From Octopus sinensis (lineage: Eukaryota), in the NCBI RefSeq assembly GCF_006345805.1, contig NW_021829995.1, positions 1-5,264 of the forward strand: a DNA stretch of 5,264 nucleotides, given 5' to 3'. How positions within the stretch are numbered: the first letter of the stretch is position 1; each line of letters starts with the position of its first letter. The notes under the pieces are model-generated. The model saw only the letters and a program-made list of their open reading frames with translations, was not told where the DNA came from and did not search any database. Shown piece after piece: positions 1 to 5,264 of this stretch. The translations under genes and the position numbers were made by a program.

Positions 1-185
1 CTAATGTATATAAATACGTGCGTGTGTGTATCTGAATGTGTGTGTTGTTGTGTGTGTGTGCATGTATACATATATGTATATGTTTCTGTGTATATGTATA
101 CATGTATGTGTGTGTATATATGTGCATGTATGTATCTATATACGTGTGTATACATATATGTGTGTGTGCGTGTAAGTATATATAT

Positions 186-219
<34 letters not shown>

Positions 220-447
220 CTTATATGTCTGTATGTGTGTGTGTACGTGTATATCTATATACATGTCTACACACACATACACAGATACATAAGTATGTAT
301 AAACATTCATATATACAGCTTCTACATGTGTCTGAATTATAACTATACATACATATAATATATAGATACACACCACACACACACACACACACAGATATAT
401 ATATATATATATATATATATAACACACATATATGTATGTATATGTAT

Positions 448-481
<34 letters not shown>
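1..481. repeat. Compound dinucleotide microsatellite field (TG/TA/CA, degenerate)
   Basis: Almost continuous purine-pyrimidine alternation; near-pure (TA)n at ~177-219, 395-420 and 445-481; (CA)n at ~374-392. Confidence 0.95.
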
Positions 482-482
<1 letters not shown>

Positions 483-567
483 AGAATTAAAATGGAGGAC
501 AAGAGATGGAACGACCGACGAATCGAAAACGAACCCTAAGCGAGGCGCTGTCAGAGACGATAATGTA

Positions 568-582
568 ATATATATATATATA

Positions 583-618
<36 letters not shown>

Positions 619-636
619 ACAAATGTATACATATAT
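568..636. repeat. (TA)n(TG)n compound microsatellite
   Basis: Direct reading: TA run to ~591, TG run 592-618. Confidence 0.95.
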
Positions 637-643
637 AAAAAAA

Positions 644-965
644 GAGCACTCCGTCGGTTACGACGACGAGGGTCCTAGCTGATACGATCAAAGGAACAGC
701 TTGCTCGTGAAATTTACGTGCAAGTGGCTGAGTACTCCACAGACAGGTTTACCCTTAACGTAGTTCCCAGGGAGATTGAGCGCGACACAGTGCGTGACAA
801 GGCCGGCCCTTTGAAATGCAGGTACCACTCATTTTTGCCAGATGAATGGACTGGAGGATCGTGAAATAAAGTGTCTTGCTCAAGGACACAACGCTTCGCT
901 GGGAATTGAACTCCCGACCTGACGATCGTGATCCGAATGCCCTAATCACAAAGCCATACGCCTTC
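644..965 (-). mobile_element. tRNA-derived SINE, family 1, with CORE-like central domain
   Basis: Minus strand begins GAAGGCGTATGGCTTTGTGATTAG, with an A-box-like TGGCTTTGTGA (+946-956) and B-box GTTCAATTC (+903-911). Next is TTGTGTCCTTGAGCAAGACACTTTATTTCACGATCCTCCAGTCCATTCATCTGGCAAAAATGAGT (+827-891), which resembles the MIR/CORE consensus as I recall it. It ends in CGTCG-TAAC-CGACG-GAGTGCTC followed by T7. Confidence 0.85.
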
Positions 966-1077
966 ACTATGCATGTATTAAGCAATATGTAATACAGGCA
1001 TCGTCATGGCTAGAAACACGCGTGGATGCGAGTACACATACATGTATGTGTATGTATGTATGTATGTATGTAAGTTT

Positions 1078-1277
1078 CGTCATCATCATCATCATCGTTA
1101 TCATCATCATCATTGTCGTCATCATCATCATCGTCATCGGCGTCGTCGTCATCATCACCATCGTCATCATCGTCATCGTCGTCATCACCATCATCATCAT
1201 TATCATCATCATCATTGTCATCATCATCATCACCATCATCATCATCATCGTCATCCTCGTCATCTACGTCATCGTCG

Positions 1278-1312
<35 letters not shown>

Positions 1313-1376
1313 GTCGTCATCATTATCATCTTCATCATCATCATCATCATTGTCGTCATCATCATCATCATCGTCG

Positions 1377-1420
<44 letters not shown>

Positions 1421-1424
1421 GTCG

Positions 1425-1461
<37 letters not shown>

Positions 1462-1473
1462 TATCATCATCAT
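1078..1473. repeat. Imperfect (CAT)n/(CGT)n trinucleotide microsatellite, 132 triplets
   Basis: 396 bp with the triplet phase unbroken; variants are mainly CGT, TAT, TGT, CAC. Flanked on both sides by (TATG)n/(TG)n. Confidence 0.97.
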
Positions 1474-1558
1474 GTATGCACACATGCACGTGTGTATGTG
1501 TATGTATGTATGTATGTGTGTGTGTGCCTATTGGCGTATCCGTTTGTCATCCTCTGAT

Positions 1559-1594
1559 AAAAAAAAAAAATAAATAATAAATAAATAAATAAAT
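1559..1594 (+). repeat. A12 + (TAAA)n A-rich tract (possible old retroposon tail)
   Basis: aaaaaaaaaaaataaataataaataaataaataaat; no recognisable element body upstream. Confidence 0.7.
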
Positions 1595-1801
1595 GAGACT
1601 AAGAGAATCGGGTGTTATGCCAGAAAGGTAACTTAGCCACCCGATAATATGTGGATCGATAAAAGAAATACCTGCCTGGAAGAAGCAATCAATGCTTGGA
1701 GCCATTGAGAGAAGATAAGACTAAAGAATCACGTGTTTCTGCACGCTCACGCACCCATACCTCTCGCCCCCCCCCGCGGCCACATATACGCACATACACA
1801 T

Positions 1802-1966
1802 AGGCGCAGGAGTGGCTGCGTGGTAAGTAGCTTGCTAACAAACCACATGGTTCCGGGTTCAGTCCCACTGCGTGGCACCTTGGGCATGTGTCTTCTGCTA
1901 TAGTCCCCGGACCGACCAAGGCCTTGTGAGTGGATTTGGTAGACGGAAACTGAAAGAAGCCTGTCG

Positions 1967-1999
<33 letters not shown>

Positions 2000-2222
2000 G
2001 TATATATATGTATGTTTGTGTGTCTGTGTTTGTCCCTCTAGCATTGCTTGACAACCGATGCTGGTGTGTTTATGTCCCCGTCACTTAGCGGTTCGGCAAA
2101 AAGGGACCGATAGAATAAGTACTGGGCTTACAAAAAGAATAAGTCCCGGGGGTCGAGTTGCTCGATTAAAGGCGGTGCTCCAGCATGGCCGCAGCCAGAT
2201 GTCTGAAGCAAGTAAAAGAGTA
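1802..2222 (+). mobile_element. tRNA-derived SINE, family 2, with internal (TA)n/(TG)n microsatellite
   Basis: A-box-like TGGCTGCGTGG (1813-1823), B-box GGTTCAGTCCC (1856-1866), and ACCTTGGGCATGTGTCTT (1877-1894) resembling the start of the CORE domain. Internal simple repeat at ~1967-2025. The 3' half carries a two-hairpin module (2124-2166) and ends in CAAGTAAAAGAGTA. Confidence 0.85.
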
Positions 2223-2396
2223 TATACACAGACACAGACTCACACATACACGCATAAACATACACACACATGCAGGCAATCATACGCACACATACACATA
2301 CACACATACACACGTGCTTATTCATACACACACATGCGCGCACACATACACAAATACACATAAACATACACGCACATATATACACACACATATATA
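2223..2396. repeat. Degenerate CA/CATA low-complexity tract
   Basis: Direct reading. Confidence 0.85.
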
Positions 2397-2397
2397 A

Positions 2398-2425
2398 GGC
2401 GGTGAGCTGGCAGAAACGTTAGCAC
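2398..2425 (+). mobile_element. Orphan 5' head (28 nt) of SINE family 3
   Basis: GGCGGTGAGCTGGCAGAAACGTTAGCAC is 27/28 identical to 3620-3647, then runs directly into the CA-rich minisatellite. Confidence 0.85.
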
Positions 2426-3278
2426 ACGCATACGCACACATGTACACACATATACAAATGCACACACATACGCACACATACACACACGCATACAAATGCA
2501 CACACATACGCACACATACACACACATATACAAATGCACACGCATACGCACACATACACACATATACAAATGCACACACATACACACACGCATACAAATG
2601 CACACACATACGCACACATACACACACATATACAAATGCACACGCATACGCACACATACACACATATACAAATGCACACACATACGCACACATACACACA
2701 CGCATACAAATGCACACACATACGCACACATACACACACATATACAAATGCACACACATACGCACACATATACACACATATACAAATGCACACACATACG
2801 CACACATACACACACGCATACAAATGCACACACATACGCACACATACACACACATATACAAATGCACACACATACGCACACATACACACACGCATACAAA
2901 TGCACACACATACGCACACATACAAATGCACACACATACGCACACATACACACACGCATACAAATGCACACATATACGCACACATACACACACGCATACA
3001 AATGCACACACATACGCACACATACACACACGCATACAAATGCACACACATACACACATATACAAATGCACACACATACGCACACATACACACACATATA
3101 CAAATGCACACACATACTCACACATACACACACACATACAAATGCACACACATACACACACGCATACAAATGCACACACATACGCACACATACACACACG
3201 CATACAAATGCACACACATACGCACACATACATACACATATACAAATGCACACACATACGCACACATACACACGTGCA
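2426..3278. repeat. CA-rich minisatellite, 23 units, modal length 38 bp
   Basis: Anchor TACAAATG at 2453, 2491, 2529, 2565, 2593, 2631, 2667, 2705, 2743, 2781, 2819, 2857, 2895, 2921, 2959, 2997, 3035, 3061, 3099, 3137, 3165, 3203, 3241. Consensus TACAAATGCACACACA-TACGCACACA-TACACACAC(G/A...)CA/TA; unit lengths are 38, 36, 28 or 26. Confidence 0.95.
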
Positions 3279-3397
3279 TAGTCATACACACACATGCACA
3301 CGCACACACACACACACACACACGACACACGCGCACGCCATCTCACACATGTTCATAAACACACCCCTGTTGTACTTGAGATAAGGTTGGACACAAC

Positions 3398-3510
3398 GTT
3401 CGCCCTTCATGCTTTTGGTGATGACCAGATTAGCAGCTTTGCTCTTTGTGTGTCCGGAGATGACTTATTAGGCCAACACTGGCAGAACGACCTCGAATAC
3501 AATGAGGACA
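3398..3510 (-). mobile_element. 5'-truncated 3' end of an RTE-type LINE (terminal C2H2 finger + 3' tail), copy 1
   Basis: Minus strand from 3510 translates to CPHCIRGRSASVGLISHLRTHKEQSC* (C-x2-C-x12-H-x3-H; stop at +3430-3432). This matches the 'CPxC.R.F..RIGL.SH.RTH' ending of RTE ORF2 as I recall it. It is followed by GGTCATCACCAAAAGCATGAAGGGCGAAC. Confidence 0.72.
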
Positions 3511-3568
3511 CGCTATAATAGAATAAGGATACAGTGCACATGTACCTGTGTGTGTGTGTATGCGTGGC

Positions 3569-3613
3569 TATATTCATGTGTGTACATATATGTGTATATG
3601 TGTGTGTCTATAT
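3569..3613 (+). repeat. Left copy of 45-bp perfect direct repeat (probable target-site duplication)
   Basis: TATATTCATGTGTGTACATATATGTGTATATGTGTGTGTCTATAT is identical to 4036-4080. Confidence 0.85.
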
Positions 3614-3619
3614 CTATAG

Positions 3620-3852
3620 GGCGGAGAGCTGGCAGAAACGTTAGCACGCCGGGCGAAATGCGTAGCCGTATTTCGTCTGCCGTTACGTTCTGGGTTCAAA
3701 TTCCGCCGAGGTCGACTTTGCCTTTCATCCTTTCGGGGTCGATAAATAAAGTACCAGTTTCGCACTGGGGTCGATGCAATCGACTTAATCCCTTTGTCTG
3801 TCCTTGTTTGTCCCCTCTGTGTTTAGCCCCTTGTGGGTAGTAAAGGAAATAG
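3620..3852 (+). mobile_element. tRNA-derived SINE, family 3, full-length first unit
   Basis: GGCGGAGAGCTGGCAGAAACG head (A-box-like 3630-3640) and B-box-like GGTTCAAATTCC (3693-3704). Central GTCGACTTTGCCTTTCATCCTTTCGGGGTCGATAAATAAAGTACCAG, two hairpins (3754-3768, 3770-3784), A-rich end GTAAAGGAAATA. Confidence 0.88.
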
Positions 3853-4035
3853 GTATTTCGTCTGCCGTTACGTTCTGAGTTCAAATTCCGCCGGGGTCGA
3901 CTTTGCCTTTCATCCTTTCGGGGACGGTAAATAAAGTACCAGTTTCGCACTGGGGTCGATATAATCGACTTAATCCGTCTGTCTGTTCTTGTTTGTCCCC
4001 TCTATATTTAGCCCCTTGTGGGTAATAAAGAAACA
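3853..4035 (+). mobile_element. Second, headless tandem unit of SINE family 3 (185-bp period)
   Basis: Aligns to 3668-3852 with 13 substitutions and 1 indel by my count (~92% identity). It lacks the first ~48 nt including the A box and keeps the B box. Confidence 0.9.
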
Positions 4036-4080
4036 TATATTCATGTGTGTACATATATGTGTATATGTGTGTGTCTATAT
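4036..4080 (+). repeat. Right copy of 45-bp perfect direct repeat (probable target-site duplication)
   Basis: Identical to 3569-3613; starts immediately after the A-rich end of the second SINE unit. Confidence 0.85.
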
Positions 4081-4216
4081 ATATATATGCATATACATAT
4101 GTGTGTATTTATGTGTATATGTGTATGCGTATCAGTGTGTTTTGTGTAGGGGGGATTCTTACGTGTGCTTGTATGTGTATGTGGGTGTGTGGGGGATAGA
4201 CGTGTTTGTGTATGAA

Positions 4217-4325
4217 ATTGGTCCTTCATCGCTGTGTACGATCACCTTAGAATATTTATTCTTTGTGAACCCTGAGGTGATTCATTAGGCAATTGTGATC
4301 TGAAATCTATGGAAATATTGGGGCA
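4217..4325 (-). mobile_element. Decayed 3' end of an RTE-type LINE, copy 2 (frameshifted)
   Basis: Minus strand reads CPNISIDFRSQ, then a frameshift, then LMNHLRVHKE* (stop at +4256-4258). Restoring 2 nt gives finger register with F at +4 and L at +10. The tail GGTGATCGTACACAGCGATGAAGGACCAAT matches copy 1's tail at about 20/29 positions. Confidence 0.6.
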
Positions 4326-4590
4326 CAAAACAACAATTTCTTAATTTCTTGTAAACTGTTTTAAACATTTTATTATTCTCAAAGACTGTATATATGTATT
4401 GTAATATTTTGTGACAACCAGTACTTAGCACAACAAAGCTTATACAAAGCTTTACATTTTACTTTTGACAATATTTTCTAAAAAAGTGAAACCGGTCAAG
4501 TGAATAAACATCTTAAAATTGCATTTTCAAACCTTCTTTCATATATATTTCCACTCATGCGGTATCTTACAACTTTACTTTGTTATGTAT

Positions 4591-4648
4591 AAAAATATAA
4601 ATACAAAAAAATACAGTACAAATGTATTTGTTTTTTATTTGTATTTTT
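4591..4648. repeat. AT-rich imperfect inverted repeat (25/26-nt arms, 7-nt loop)
   Basis: 4591-4615 pairs with 4623-4648 with 2 mismatches and 1 bulge. Confidence 0.5.
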
Positions 4649-4738
4649 AATTGTATTGCTTTTACGTCCTGTTTTTGTCACATTTTTTTTATTTCCTTGT
4701 TTTTACCCCTCTGCAAAGGAAGGGCTGGTTCGGCGGGT

Positions 4739-4800
4739 CGTGTTCTGTCCTTACCTTCGAAACACGCATGGAGTCGAACTAGGGACAGCTGATGAAGGGG
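4739..4800 (+). ncRNA. Candidate hammerhead ribozyme with non-canonical (pseudoknotted) strand order
   Basis: Core CUGAUGA at 4789-4795 and GAAA at 4759-4762. Helix III: CGUGU (4739-4743) with ACACG (4762-4766). Single unpaired U4744 completes a GUU triplet. Helix I: CUGUCCUUA (4745-4753) with UAGGGACAG (4780-4788), 9 bp with one G-U, abutting the core. Weak helix II: 4797-4800 with 4755-4758. Confidence 0.7.
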
Positions 4801-4867
4801 AATTTTCCTTGTATTGTTTGTCTTGTACTCTGTTTTTTCGTTGTTAAAAAAAGTCCGTTTCCATGTT

Positions 4868-5096
4868 GTTTTTACGTTTTCGTTCTCGTTGAGTTCTACA
4901 TCAATTTGTGGTGTTCTGTACTCTGTACTTTATATATACTATATATATATTATATATATATATATATATATATGCATGTATATACACTGTAGATGTAGGT
5001 ACGTAGGTACGTTTTTACGTTTTCGTTTCTCGTGAGATCTACGTCTATTTGTGGTGGTCCTGTACTCTTATATATATATATATATATATATATATA
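4868..5096 (+). repeat. Two copies of a ~57-bp T-rich module, each followed by (TA)n
   Basis: 4868-4924 vs 5011-5068 (GTTTTTACGTTTTCGTT...TTTGTGGTG...CTGTACTCT): 4 substitutions and 3 single-nt indels, period 143 bp. (TA)n at ~4931-4973 and 5069-5096. Confidence 0.85.
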
Positions 5097-5160
5097 AGTT
5101 ATATTTGTCTCATTTTGTCTAAAGTGTAAGACACCTGCTGTTATTCCTGTTATTAACCTT

Positions 5161-5195
5161 CTTGTTTTTCTTTTTTTTTCTTTTTTTTTTGTATT
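5161..5195. repeat. Poly-T / T-rich low-complexity tract
   Basis: cttgtttttctttttttttcttttttttttgtattt. Confidence 0.8.
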
Positions 5196-5264
5196 TATAT
5201 TCGTCTCTGTTGCGTTACATTCGTTCCTTTTTCAAGAAATCTAATGCTCACAGCTTAGTTTTCC

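Noticed and set aside
492-539. Mini-ORF MEDKRWNDRRIENEP, faintly like an RTE ORF2 'MEDxRWxKR' segment
   Set aside because: Only 15 codons, weak similarity, no continuation; chance cannot be excluded.
919-925. Second CUGANGA motif (CTGACGA)
   Set aside because: It lies antisense within the SINE tRNA head, with no GAAA partner or helices in register.
1043-1517. 25-bp direct repeat (1043-1067, 1493-1517) flanking the CAT tract as a possible TSD
   Set aside because: It is (TATG)n-type low complexity and does not abut the tract ends.
1006-1577. Poly-His, poly-Asp, poly-Ser, poly-Ile and poly-Met ORFs
   Set aside because: All six frames are open because the CAT repeat lacks stops; starts and ends lie in TG/TATG microsatellite.
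1596-1730. 8-bp inverted repeat (1607-1614/1638-1645) and short direct repeat AGACTAA(G)AGAATC (1596, 1718)
   Set aside because: Too short to distinguish from chance; no element or exon could be supported.
1802-1870. tRNA gene (also 895-965 minus and 3620-3705)
   Set aside because: A/B boxes are present but I could not fold a full cloverleaf, and each continues into a SINE body.
2453-3278. CRISPR-like periodic array
   Set aside because: No unique spacers; whole units repeat; eukaryotic context; no cas genes.
4-3384. Long ORFs of V/C/Y/M or H/T repeats (e.g. 2318-3346, 2440-3384, 4-342)
   Set aside because: They are translations of dinucleotide-type repeats that happen to lack stops; no domain, codon or splice evidence.
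3294-3518. Plus-strand ORF ending ...GDDLLGQHWQNDLEYNEDTL
   Set aside because: It starts in a CA repeat and is the antisense shadow of the minus-strand zinc-finger/LINE fragment.
4656-5035. ORFs 4656-4847, 4792-4992 and 4814-5035
   Set aside because: F/V/Y-biased translations of T-rich and (TA)n sequence; no recognisable domain.

Overview
Non-coding, repeat-saturated eukaryotic DNA. The SINE types and the density of microsatellites point to a cephalopod (Octopus-like) intron or intergenic region; this is inference from family recognition, not a database match. No intact protein-coding gene is supported, and the listed ORFs are translations of simple repeats or of SINE and other non-coding sequence. 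Contents: three different tRNA-derived SINE families (644-965 minus; 1802-2222 plus; 3620-4035 plus, a head-to-tail 1.8-mer flanked by a perfect 45-bp direct repeat), an orphan 28-nt SINE head, a 132-triplet CAT/CGT tract, a 23-unit ~38-bp CA-rich minisatellite, and two decayed 3' ends of RTE-type LINEs (C2H2 finger plus 3' tail, minus strand, missed by the ORF track). The most striking signal is at 4739-4800 (+). It holds a complete hammerhead ribozyme catalytic core (CUGAUGA, GAAA, GUU cleavage triplet, helices I and III in exact register). Its strands are ordered in a way that matches none of the canonical type I/II/III circular permutations and implies a pseudoknotted or multimeric fold.
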